NCBI RefSeq assembly: GCF_006345805.1
Contig: NC_043012.1
Coordinates: 49,166,001 to 49,230,000 of the forward strand
Reading direction: 5' to 3'
DNA length: 64,000 nucleotides
DNA from: Octopus sinensis
Lineage: Eukaryota
The first letter of the stretch is position 1. The number at the start of each line of letters is the position of its first letter. This document shows positions 39,943 through 52,301 of this stretch, piece by piece. The position numbers were made by a program, and so were the translations under genes. The notes under the pieces were generated by a model that was not told the DNA's origin, ran no database searches, and worked only from the letters and a program-made list of their open reading frames with translations.

Positions 39943-40635
39943 GGATCTTAAAGTTAGGTGATTTGCAGTGGAATTAATTTAGTTTCAACCAGAATCCCGG
40001 AAAATCTTAGAGAAACCAAGAAAAAAACTTATTCTACAAAATTTTCACGCTTTGTATCAATGAATCTCAATAAAACAATAGTACGGTTGTTAATTTTTGT
40101 AAACGGATCTTAGAGGTTTGAACCCCTGTCTCCAATTTTGTTCCAGTTGTTTTCAAATTTTGTATATGGAATAAGTTTCGTATACTAATTATGAAAATGA
40201 AAATCTTACAAATTTATAATTAAAAAGTTATTAGCCTATAAACTTTGCAAGATTTAGGTATTTTAGCCAATCAGAGGCGAGAACTTTACACAATGCAATG
40301 AACTCTGCTTCCATAATAACCAAGGAGTATAACAACCATGTGTTCCATAACTGTTTGCAAACAACTTTGTTTCCATAGTAACCAAAGATGCCGCACATGT
40401 GGACAAGGAATGTAACCACCACGTGTTCCATAACTGCTTGTATTCATATCAGTAAGAACTAGCTAAAAGTTTTTAAAAATTCTCAATCTTTGAACACGTG
40501 TAATATTTTCGGAAAATTTTTCTGGAATAAATGAGTAACGAAATCGGATTCAATGTCATAAATTAGCTTCTATATACTACATTTAAAAATTGTTATAAAG
40601 ATTTTGTCATGCAGTGGCTCAAACCGCAAAGATCC
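39943..40635. mobile_element. Related GGATC-terminal element, diverged
   Basis: The right end reverse-complements to GGATCTTTGCGGTTTGAGCCACTGC; left end GGATCTTAAAG...; no TSD seen; internal CCATAAC/CCATAGTAACC sub-repeats. Confidence 0.45.
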
Positions 40636-41315
40636 TTTTTAACTCTAGGTAAAATATAATGAACCATACCTGTTATATAGGCGTTCCGTCTTTGAACATC
40701 CTGTCTTTTTGTATATCAAAAACAACATTTTCCAGTTTCTCTCTTATTCTTAACAACAGTTAAATGTGATTAAAAATATTTGGCAATTATTTCTAGCAAA
40801 CATATAGGCCTCACAGAGACTACCTCATAGATCCAGAGCTAAGTTTTCGCGCTGAGAAAAGTCAGTTCCAAGAAAGTTATGAATTCTGTCAGAAAAACTA
40901 TTTCACTTCACTTAAGTCTCTATATACGCGTTCGAGGTAAAGAATAAATGCTATCATATCCCATATCACCTCACACTGTCATAAAGCAAAGTATTCGTCC
41001 ATATTAGACAAAGACAATTTTATCAATAAAGATAAATTGCCTCGTAACTGACGAGCCGAATGTGAGTAAAGCACGCACTACACGGTCAGTTGTGTTCATG
41101 AACAAAGCAGATAACACTATTTGACTCGCAAAAATGTTTAAGAAATCATAAATTTTCATATATATATAAAAGATTCACAAGATGTATAGAATATATTCAT
41201 TTCATTAACCATTCCATATATTGTACGCATTATAACAACGCACACATATATGCACATAGATGTGAAGACATATGTAACTATACATACGTACATACATATA
41301 TACATACAAATATAT

Positions 41316-41360
<45 letters not shown>

Positions 41361-41644
41361 AACACATACAAACTTATATATATGTATGTGCGCAAATATG
41401 TATGAATGTATGCATACAGTCTTGATAAACATATTCTAAATATATTTCAGAGCTTATTTGAATATAAAGATATTTAATGAAATCTGTCTGGATAAATTTA
41501 TTGCCATGATATTTCTTAATCACTGAATATCTACGTGTGTGTTTAAGTATGTGCGCGCGTGTGTTTCCTTGAATATGTACGCATTATAGACATATATGCG
41601 TGTAAGTCCGTGTGTGTGTGCACGTATATATCTATATCTATATC

Positions 41645-41678
<34 letters not shown>

Positions 41679-42714
41679 CATGTATGTATGTATGTATGTA
41701 TGTATATGGATAGGCGTGCATAAATGCATACATATAAATTCGTAGATTAGTCATTCAAATTATCATTTCAACAAAAGTTATCACCAAGGTATATTTATTG
41801 ATGCAGAATTGCTTATAAATTTAAAACTTTTCAATTGTTTCTTTCTTTTTTTCCCTTATTATTTTTATCTCCTCCGCGAATTTACACCTTTAATATCTTG
41901 CTGTAGAATAGTTGTATTAATTTTGTCGTTGAATTTATATATTTTTTTCTCTTAGCACCTGGCAAAGTCGTTTAATGTTTTGTCGTAAAAACGGTTAAGA
42001 TAAGCCATCCACGTAGCATAGCGACCGATTGTCTGCTTTTGCCAGGGTTTATGGTCAAACATTTTATTGTCTACATATAAAATTCAGTAAAGTGATAACT
42101 TCCTGACATGTGACAAAAATAAATAAACAAATAAATAAAAGAGAAGAAAAGAAAAAGAAGAAAAAAGTAAGAAAGCAACATCAAGAACTAGCAAACAAAA
42201 GACATCTAACTTCTGTTCATATTTATTGCTTTCCCTTAATCTTGCCCATTGCTTTCTTGATGTGTTTTGTCGAATGGAAACGTAAAAAAGAAGTGGAGAC
42301 GGCTTATCTAATATAACACAAAAATAGTGTTATTCAAACTGGAGAGGACAACACGAATGCTGGTGATATTCGCAGTGTCAAGGATGAAAGTAAAATGTAC
42401 TGGAGTACAAGGAGAGTTTATTGAGTGCGTTTAACTTTAGAAAGAGGATAAATTAATTTATGTTTGATATATGTATGTACAGTCAACATGCATAGACTAA
42501 TACACGTATGCACTTATACAATAATAATGATTATAGAAATGAAAACTTGAGAATAATAAAAAATACTTTTTCATGTAAAACATATAACGAAGTGTGAAAG
42601 GAAAATAACAAAAACAAAAGTAAATACTTTTTAGTGTGATAATGTAATGAGGGTCCACATAGTCACCGGATGCTGATTGGATGAATGCCATATTGGGCTA
42701 AAATTTCTAAAGAG

Positions 42715-44510
42715 CATGATGCAAACCTCAAGTCCTACTTCGACATCTTCGTGGTACCACCTGGTTCTAAACCGACTGCGGGTGTCTGGTGCAGTATAAC
42801 CAGGCTGCTAAGAGCAGATGAGGCTCGTTAGCCATGATCGGAAGCCTGTCTAGAAGAAAGACACTACAATATAAAACCTACGACCCTAACACCTTTCTGT
42901 CGTCGTCCCTGCTTGCTGGACCACGGCAGATGAACTGCGGGTGGGGCCAATTCAGCGCAGACTGCACTTCACCTTAAAACTCCATTGCGCAGGTCGAAGG
43001 ATCTTTCCACGTCCACGACTATGATCACAACTCTCCAAGCCCTGTAACGATGAGAAGGGGACGAAAATCGCAGGTGGAAGATGTCACTGGAAGTCGCAGC
43101 TCCCAACCTGCGTGCAGACCGTTCGGGACATTGGTCGCCTGGTGTTGACTCGGAGACGGCAGCATCCTGAATGACCAACCAAGCAGCCTCATCTAGGGAG
43201 AGTACTGCTTACTTCACATGGAGGGGGGCCTAGAAAAGGTGGCCTGAAGAAAGCTCGTCTCCTACACACTTAGTTGGCATCGGGTATCTTCTTCAAGTGG
43301 TCAAATACGCACAGATACAAAAAGAAATTACGCCAATCACCTTTCAAATGTTGCCAAATATCTGAAGATCGCATGCTGGAACGTCATAATCATTCTTGAC
43401 TCAAGCGACAGAGGTTGCCCTGAACGCCGATCCAATCTCGTTGCACATGAACTAACCAGGTTAGAAATTGATATCGCAGCCCTTAGTGAAGTCCGGCTCC
43501 CAGAAGAAGGCAGCTTAAAAGAACATGGTACCGGATACTCCCTATATTGGTCAGGCAAACCCCCATCAGAAAGACGTCGTTCAGTTGTCGGTTTCATGAG
43601 AAGAAATTCCATCGCTCCAATGCCGAAAGCCCTACCAGCAGGTCATTCTGACTGCATCATTTCCATGCGCCTCCCTCTGGCATGTCACGCTCTTCAGTGT
43701 TTACACTCCGACCCTCCAAGTAGACCCAGGAGATAAGGACAAGTTCTACTCAGACCTGTGCAGACTCCTCTCGGGAGATCGCTGTCGATGATAAAGTCAT
43801 AATCCTAGGATATTTCAACGCCAGAGTGGGCCGGGATTTAGAAACTTGGAAAGGAGTTCTAGGAAAGCAGGGGTTGGGAACTGCAACGACAACGGGCAAC
43901 TCTTTCTTGAGTTTTGCACTGAACATCAGCTCGTCATCACCAATATCATCCCCTGGATGCATCAAAACACAGGTACCTCCTTGACTACGTTCTAGTGCAC
44001 CAACGAGACCAGTCTGACGTCAAGCACAGCACAGAATGCCATACTGACCATCGCCTGGTCCGTTGCAAACTCAAACCCCACTTCAAGCTCAAGCCAACAA
44101 AAAAGACAGGCCGGCCAACAACAAGAAAATCAAAACTAGCGATCGCAAGAGAAACGAAGTGAAAGTAAACTTCCAGGCACGACTACAGACAAAGCTTGAT
44201 AAATCCAATCACTCTCAGATCCCTCTCCAGAAATCCTATGGGAACCACTGAAAACTGACCTCTGCAGAAATCCTTGGGTTTACGAAGAAAAAAAACAAGG
44301 GTTTGTTTGAGGAAAACAATGTGCTGATCCAAGAATTATTAAAGAAAAAGAGGTCTGTCCATCAAGCACACATGGCACAATCTGTGAGGCACAGAATGAG
44401 TGGTGGACAAACCTCACACGGAGAACCCTGCTGTGCACTGACTCTGGCGACTAAAGGGGTTCTATGAAACTCTCAAAGCAGTCTTCGGCTCAGCACATCA
44501 AATCCGGAGT
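42715..44510 (+). mobile_element. RTE-clade LINE, 5' UTR + AP-endonuclease + linker, RT missing
   Basis: From 43362: LKIACWNV...CPERRSNLVAHELTRLEIDIAALSEVRLPEEGSLKEHGTGYSLYWSG; later KVIILGYFNARVGRD..WKGVLGKQG.GNCNDNGQLFLEFC, LLDYVLV, ECHTDHRLVRCKL, FYETLKAVFG; multiple frameshifts. The 5' boundary is approximate. Confidence 0.9.
42735..42817 (+). ncRNA. HDV-like ribozyme relic at the RTE 5' end
   Basis: Order P2 CTACTT - P3 ACA - L3 TCTTCGT - GGT - P1' ACCACCT - GG - P4 (ACTGC/GCAGT hairpin) - J4/2 G C TAA - P2' GAGCAG. The P1 5' strand was not found. Confidence 0.35.
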
Positions 44511-44639
44511 TCATTGGGTTCTAGTCACATGGGCAACCTTTTAAATTTTTCGTGTTCAAAGTGCTTTTTGGTTCAGTATTTACACGCTATTATTTAGAGT
44601 CTTAACTACAGTGAGTTTCATCGTTTCAGATGAGAATTG

Positions 44640-45250
44640 CATTCACGAACACACGCGCACGAGTACACACACATGTGGACACACACACACACACGCACAC
44701 ACACACATATACAAACACAAACACACACGCACATATATACAAACACACACACACACACCACACGCACACATATACAAACACTCACACACCACACGCACAC
44801 ATATACAAACACACACACACCACCCGCACACATATACAAACACACACACCGCACACGCACACATATACAAACACACACACACCACACACGCACACATATA
44901 CAAACACACACACCGCACATGCACACATATACAACACACGCACACACCACACGCACACATATACAAACACACACACACGCGCACACATATACAAACACAC
45001 ACACACACACACGCCACACGCACACATATACAAACACACACACACACCACCAGCACACATATACAAACACACACACACCACACACGCACACATATACAAA
45101 CACACACACACACCACACACGCACACATATACAAACACACACACCGCACATGCACACATATACAACACACGCACACGCGCACACATATACAAACACACTC
45201 ACACACTACATGCACATATGTTCAAACATACACACACACGCTCACGCAAA
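44640..45250 (+). repeat. CA-derived minisatellite
   Basis: Unit ~CACACGCACACATATACAAACACA(CA)n repeated about 20 times; explains the long ORFs at 44611-45591. Confidence 0.9.
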
Positions 45251-47554
45251 CACACACGCAAACTCTCTCAACATATCTATGCATACATACTCATATATGT
45301 AGACCTAATTTTGTTGCTCGTTGCATTTTCTCACACTTCTGTCGTTCTCTCACTATATCTCTCTCTCACACACACAACACGCACAACACACAGAAACACA
45401 CACGCACACACACACGCACACACAAACGCACACACACATTTACATGCGCACGCACGAACAGAAAGTCCTTCAACGCATGTGTGCGCACATTCTCATATTT
45501 AGAGGTAATTCTATTGCTTGTTGCATTTTCTCACCTTCCTGTTTCTCTCTCGTACACACATATACACTCACACATGCACACACACACATAAAATTGTGCA
45601 CACATACACACGCAGACGCATACACACACACACTCACACACTGCTTTACTGTCATCCGCTTTTTCCCCGTTTCTCTTGAATAGACGTAAAACATTCCTGT
45701 TGAGTGGATAAAAACCATGCGCAACTATGCGAATTATTCTTTGGCTCTTTATGTAAGTGGAGACTTGAGGTTTAACCACAGGGGCCTATCTACACATCGA
45801 GGTTAAATGTATGATTATTGAATATACGCATGTTAATCCGTTTCATCGCTTCTACCCACACGCTTCCTCGATACATTTGTAATACATATATGCATGCCTA
45901 TATGCGAACATACCGTCTTATGTTACAGCTTACATACACTCATACATTTAAATATAATCACATTTGAGGATTTAGCGAAGAAACTTCGATTGTATTTGCA
46001 GAGTTTGTATTGTGGTGGAGCGAAACTGAACTGTGTAGGAGCTAAAGTCAGTCATCTATTAATGATAAGATATACCAAGAGCTACAATAACAGTAGCAAC
46101 AACAACAACGACAACAGCAACGGTAGCATCATTCTCTCTCCGCCCCAACTTGAATCATACTTACAGCACCTGTGTTCAGTCATAAGCAATTGTCTTGAAA
46201 GCCTATTGTTTATTCTGGTGCCGTTAACAAGAAGCTCATTCAAAATTAGATGCAATCAACTTCATTATACTTTGAGAAATATTGAGGAAACATAAACAGA
46301 GACCACCGACCGTTACCTTACCAGAAGATTAACAACTACTCTATGACATTTCATGATGTCTTTCTAATCCTGAATGATAATCCGATTCCTTATGTCATAT
46401 GTGCTTATTTGAGAAGTAATTCTTATTTTCATATCACATTAATACTTTGCATAAACAAAGCATACGTAACGATATCTATTAGAAATCATGTTATTTTGTC
46501 ATCAATCAATATGATTCAATCATCAAATAACGAAAACATGAGATAAATAGCTTTTCATCAACTCACAGAGATGAAAGAAAGAGAGAGAGAGAGAGAGTCA
46601 TACACACAGAGATACAGACAGACACACTCACACACACAAACAAACAAACACCCACACATATATACTTATGAAAGCTATTTCTAAAAAAAAGCTTATCGGG
46701 TAATCAAACTCGAAGCATTTACGTAGAAGTTGTAAACCGACCATTTATACAACTACGTAAAGCTCCCACTCGTGGACTCCATAGCAACGCACCAAACTAG
46801 TTCCTTCCACCATTGGCAGCCACTGATTCACTGTATGAATATATACAAATAACGTTTCTTTGATATCACTTTTTAAGCCTGAGAATTCATGAAACTAGGA
46901 ATCGTAATGGGTTAATGGGTTACAAGCAACCTTTAGCTTATGATAAATAAAATTACAGAGTACACTGTAAACATGTTTTGACTTCTCTTTTTCTAAGCGA
47001 TGCTTTAAAAGAAGCACGTGTATGTGTGTGTGCATGTGCCCACATGTGTGCATGTGTGTCTGTGTATGTGCTAGTTTGTATCTGTGCCTGGGTACGTATA
47101 TACACGTTCATAGTGTACTCAAAATTCCACCGCTATGGCCACCTGACAAATATTCTAGCTGAACGTTTCTTTTGACTAAATTGTTTTCTAAGCTATTTTC
47201 TTAGAATTCTGCGATACTTTTGTTCTGTTTTTTTTTTGTAGCATTTTGTTTTTACTGGAACATCTTCGAAATTAACAGCTGTATTTCTACATCGTTACAC
47301 CCATTCGTAATAACACACATACACATATATACATACAAACATATTTACAAACACACACGCACAAATACACACACACACGTATATATACACATGCATACAC
47401 ACTCACACACACACCTATATATACATATACACACACATAAATAGATAGATATATTTGCTTACATGTTACATAAACATTCATACATAGACATGCATACGTA
47501 CATACGTACTTACATACATACATATATACATACATACATACATACATACATACA

Positions 47555-47585
<31 letters not shown>

Positions 47586-49249
47586 CTATGGATTCATACG
47601 TAGTGACAGAAAGACACGCAAAACATACGTGCGTAAAAAAGGAAAATACCCAAAACTAATGAATTTCTGATGAAAAGGATTGCTCCCAACGCTCTTTAGC
47701 CATCACCATCACCCTCGCATCATATGTACGAAATGTAAACAAAAGACAGAAACAGGAGAGGGGAGGATTAGAAAAAAGATTTAGTTTAAGGATTGATGAA
47801 TCATCTGTGTAAGAATATTTCCCAAAACTCTTAGAAATAAAAGTAACTATTTCCTTCTTGCCATGATGTTTTAAAAGTAGTGTTCACTCATCAAAATAAT
47901 CAGTTAACATTTCCTTGATGTTTGCTTCTCTTTGGTCTTTTATTTCCAGGCAGTTAAATACCAAGCTCTGTAATGGAATACCGCTATGGTAAAGAAATTT
48001 TGGAAGCTTTTGGCTCGTTCGCTATTATAATTTCCCCACTTATAGTTTCTGTCTGTTTTGTATCTTTGCCACCCTCTCATGTTCGACTACCATTTCACTG
48101 CCTCTCACTTAGAACCAGTTTCCGGTTTTTTCTCTCTTCAACCCACTCTCTCCATTCTTTCTCCATCTATTTATTCTCTTTTTCCTTCGCTCTCTTTATT
48201 ATTCTGTCAGCGTTATTTTACTGAATCTCAATTATTCTATTTCTTCATATATTTCTTTCTCATCTCGTTTCTTTTTGCGACGTGTCTGTTTCAAGAATGA
48301 CTTTCTCATCTATCTCTCTCTCTCTTTATATATATATATATATTTCTAGCAAATGGAAACCTGAAAAATGAATAAAATGGAATAGAAAGTAAAATGAAAT
48401 CTCTTTAAGCATCGCCATCGTGGATCCTGTTTTGAAGTGTATCTTCCTCATAGAGCAAAAACCTGACGCTATCTCAATAACAGAACTGAAGAAGAAAGCC
48501 ATGATAATCGGCAGCCTGTTCTCCCAATAGCTTTTAATTACTGGATTAACCGTCGTTTTTGATGATCATCATTTAGTTGTATGGCACATTAAATTTCTAT
48601 ACGTGAAATTACCGTATAATCGACCGAGTATCAGTTTAACTGACAGATGTATCCGTATCGCAAGCCTGAGGCCCAATTAGTGCGTCACGTTGTGATAAAC
48701 CTGGATTTTAAAATTAGAAGTAGAGTCTAGAGAGAAGAGAAGGTGCATTGAATGCAGCACTCGAGTGGTTCTTTATTTATCAATTCCGAAAGTAGAGAAG
48801 GCTAAATTGTCCTAAATGGAATTTAAAGTCAGAGTGCAACGTGTAAAAATGAATATCATTTCATTGACACTGTTTATTTCCCGTTTAATTCAGTTTTCTT
48901 TCCCTAAAAATACAAAGAAAATATTGTTCAGTAACGCAACACAGAGGAAATAAAATACTAGCAATGCAAACAGTTATTAAATATCAACCAGCCAAAATAT
49001 CATACGACTCCACTTAATATAGTACCCTCCCCCAAAAATACATCAGGGGCTCGATGTTCATCGGTGGCTTCCCTTTTGTCGTTGCTGCGGTGTTGAACTT
49101 GAAACGTCAGTTAAGTCTTGTTACTACGATAAACTTAACAGCACTGCATTGCGTTTGACCTAGAGAGAAACATTATTCAGTAATCTTTTTTCTTTGATAT
49201 CAATCTGTGTCATGGAAGGATGTTAGCACGATACCAGAAGGGAATTTTC

Positions 49250-49400
49250 TTGCCATGGACTGTCTACGAATCTAGTAAAGAAATTCAGAAATATTAGCAC
49301 AGTAAGAGACGGACACTCAAGTATGTCTTGATGACAGTGTTGAAAAAGTCAGTGAAATGGTTAAGAGAGAGATGGCTGTTGATGAAGACGCAAATAATAT
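49250..49400 (+). mobile_element. Possible mariner N-terminal (HTH) remnant
   Basis: NLVKKFRNISTVRD ... DDSVEKVSEMV across a frameshift resembles 'LVKKFRETGSV.D..RSGRP....ENVEKVREMV'. Confidence 0.35.
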
Positions 49401-50784
49401 GCAAATTTTGCATAGCTCTGCCAACGAGGGCATTCAAATCAGTTTTACTAAAGATCAGTGAAAGAACAATAATTGTTCAAATCTACAGTAGACTGACTAG
49501 AAGATCTTGTCACGTGATGCGCGCGTTACCAATTGTCACTTTATAAAGAAATAGACACTCTCACAGGTCTGTATAAATGTTTGCATCATTGTATGAATGA
49601 ATATACGAAGGAGTGAAATAATAATGTAAAAATTCAAGAAAGGTAACTCTTGTTAAAGGATTCAGAGTAGATCACAAATTTATTTTAAGAAGTAATTACA
49701 TTGGCTGTGACCAAGTTAGTCACGCGTTTTACTGATTTTTAAGTATTCAATTTGATCAAAGATAGGATTTTGTATTTATACAGAAGGTTAGTTTCGAATA
49801 CCATTACATAATGACGTTAACAATGCAGTTATTTTGCTGTATTTTAGGATGTTATCGTATTAGGTTATCATGCTCTTGTTTTACTTTTTGATACATAAGT
49901 TAACAAGTAATATAATTTTGTTTTTTATTCACGTTAACTAAACAAACATTTTTGAATGTTAACTTTCTTAATTAAGACTTAAGATATTATGAAGAAAATT
50001 TATCAACTTAATTTTAGCAGATCGAGAGACCACTGGCGCCTTCCTCATAGACTCAAGGTAATCTCGGTTGCGATTGTTTAGCCTCAACACAACCACCATC
50101 GAATAGACGAATAATTGTTGGTATCCTGTTTTCTATGTTTGTTTTATAAGCTGTGAGATGTTACTTGAGGCAATGTTAGAAGCAATTTTTACCAGTTCAA
50201 GCAACCATGCCGAAGATCCCTTGTTGAATATGGACGCCAACGTTATATGCTGGCGTCTACCTACGCGTAGGCTGACGCCAATGTTTGACTGTTGCAGCTG
50301 AGAGAACTGTGCAGTGGTTATTGCTGCGACTTGAGTTATGCTCAACTCGCCTCGTGTATGACGTTTATAAATATGATTTTAGATTTTAAATTGTTCATAA
50401 GCCACCTACATTATTTGTACTCTACACTTCTTCTGTTTTGAAACAGCACATGCTTTCAAAGGTTTTTCTTATAGGTTGACGAGGCGCAGTAAGATTCACT
50501 GACGAGAATTGAGATGCTATGCCTCAGAATTCGAAGTCACGTGATGTGGGTATATCTGCTACTTCAATAGGAGGCCTTGTAGTATATCTGCTACTTCAAT
50601 AAGGAGGTCTGTCTCAATTGTCAACTTACTAAGATAGTAGTTTTTTGTGGCTAATGAGTTGTTTTGATTCTTATTTCTAGCAATGCTGGTACTACTCTGT
50701 ACCCTTGTCACTTTAGTGACGTTTATATATATACAAACATGCATATGCACATATATATGCATATATATATATATAATATATATA

Positions 50785-50842
<58 letters not shown>

Positions 50843-50892
50843 CTTTAGTGACGTTTATATATATACAAACATGCATATGCATGTATATATAT

Positions 50893-51170
50893 ATATATTA
50901 AGTATAGGAAAGAATGGAGCTGAAGAAAGATTTAACAAAATTCCTTTATTTTATTTTCGACATATGTTTCGAAGTCTGCAAAGTCCCTAATTCCGAGTGA
51001 ATAAGGAGTCCATTATGCAGCTCTCTCTACAGGAAGAGAAAGCTGTATAATGGACTCCTTATTCACTCGGAATTAGGGACTTTGCAGACTTCGAAACATA
51101 TGTTGAAAATAAAATAAAGGAATTTTGTTAAATCTTCGTTCAGGTCCATTCTTTCCTATACTTAATATAT
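50893..51170. repeat. Long near-perfect palindrome
   Basis: Arms of ~135 bp (50893-51028 and 51036-51170) around a ~7-nt apex; left arm abuts a TA array. Confidence 0.92.
50954..51037 (-). ncRNA. Hammerhead variant with CUGUAGA core
   Basis: Minus: TCTTC CTGTAGA GAGAG CTGCA ... TGCAG ACTTC GAAA CATATG TC GAAAA; stem I TTC/GAA, stem III ACATATGT, GUC site; core position 6 is U instead of A. Confidence 0.55.
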
Positions 51171-51310
51171 AAAACTTCAAATTTCCGCACTAAGGCACGA
51201 ATTTTATGCCCTATGGTCGTAACTTCAACCGTTCCCTTTCTGTTGTGAGTTTGCTACCCAGGTATCGGTTATCTTTCGAATTATCCGTAATAAGATAATT
51301 CATTTGTCTA

Positions 51311-51345
<35 letters not shown>

Positions 51346-51353
<8 letters not shown>

Positions 51354-51727
51354 AACTAAAGTTATGGAACAAACAAATGCAAGGTTATCCACGTAACATT
51401 TCATAACTCGAACATTTAATCATAGAATATACATTTAGACATCACGGAAGATGGAATATAATTCATCTGTACAAGCATATAAGAAAGTACGAGAAAAAAT
51501 GTGTGAATATATTTTTCTTAATCGCTAAATATTAACTTTTATCCGTGATGAACTGTATTCACATATATTCACACATTTTTTCTCGTACTTTCTTATATGC
51601 TCGTACAGATGAATTATATTCCATCTTCCGTGATGTCTAAATGTATATTCTATGATTAAATGTTCGAGTTATGAAATGTTATGTGGATGACCTTGCATTT
51701 GTTTGTTCTATAACTTTAGTTTGATAT
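51346..51727. repeat. Long inverted repeat
   Basis: Arms of ~165 bp (ATCAAACTAAAGTTAT...GTGTGAATATAT and its complement) with a ~50-nt spacer; few mismatches. Confidence 0.92.
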
Positions 51728-51807
51728 ATTTGTCTCATTCAATTGAGCACTTCTATAGCAGTCATATTAAACATTTTGTTCCTGATAAGAAACAATCACT
51801 GTATTAT

Positions 51808-51872
<65 letters not shown>

Positions 51873-52086
51873 AGGTAATGGTGCCATTAAGATCCAAAGG
51901 TCTCTTTAAATGCTGTTGGATTTTTCTCATAAGGTATTGGAATGTTATATATATACCATTCTACCTAAAAAATGGATTTTCAAATTCAATATCCCTACAT
52001 ATCTCACATCTATTTTCCTTCCTCCACCTCACTCTCTATTTTGTATCCCATCTAAATTAATTATTAATTAACCATCCGCTCACACC

Positions 52087-52134
52087 GTCTCTGATGAAGG
52101 AATATAATAAATATCCTGGAAACAGCTGTAAGAC
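52087..52134 (+). ncRNA. Hammerhead ribozyme variant (PLE-type, palindromic stem III)
   Basis: GTCT CTGATGA A GGAATAT aataa ATATCC TG GAAA CAGCTG TA AGAC: stem I GTCT/AGAC, intact core, stem III ACAGCTGT, GUA site; extra nucleotides flank stem II. Confidence 0.7.
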
Positions 52135-52253
52135 ATTTTATTTATAAATGTTCTTTTAAAAATTCTTATATATCTATATATATATATATATATAATTGAT
52201 AGAACGAAATAAAAATCCAAGGCTGTGAAAGATTACAGAACATTTATAAAGAG

Positions 52254-52301
52254 GTCTTACAGCTGTTTCCGGGATATTTTATATATCCCTTCATCGGAGA
52301 C
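52254..52301 (-). ncRNA. Hammerhead ribozyme variant, second copy of the 52087 family
   Basis: Minus: GTCT CCGATGA A GGGATAT ataaa ATATCCC G GAAA CAGCTG TA AGAC; core U4->C, perfect 7-bp stem II. Confidence 0.65.

Noticed and set aside
44611-45591. 326-aa and overlapping long ORFs
   Set aside because: Pure translation of the CA minisatellite; open in most frames; no domain.
50012-50350. Micro-exon candidate DRETTGAFLIDS (CAG|...AAG|GTAATC) and adjacent ORF
   Set aside because: Plausible splice sites, but only 37 nt and no corroborating exons; cadherin resemblance is anecdotal.
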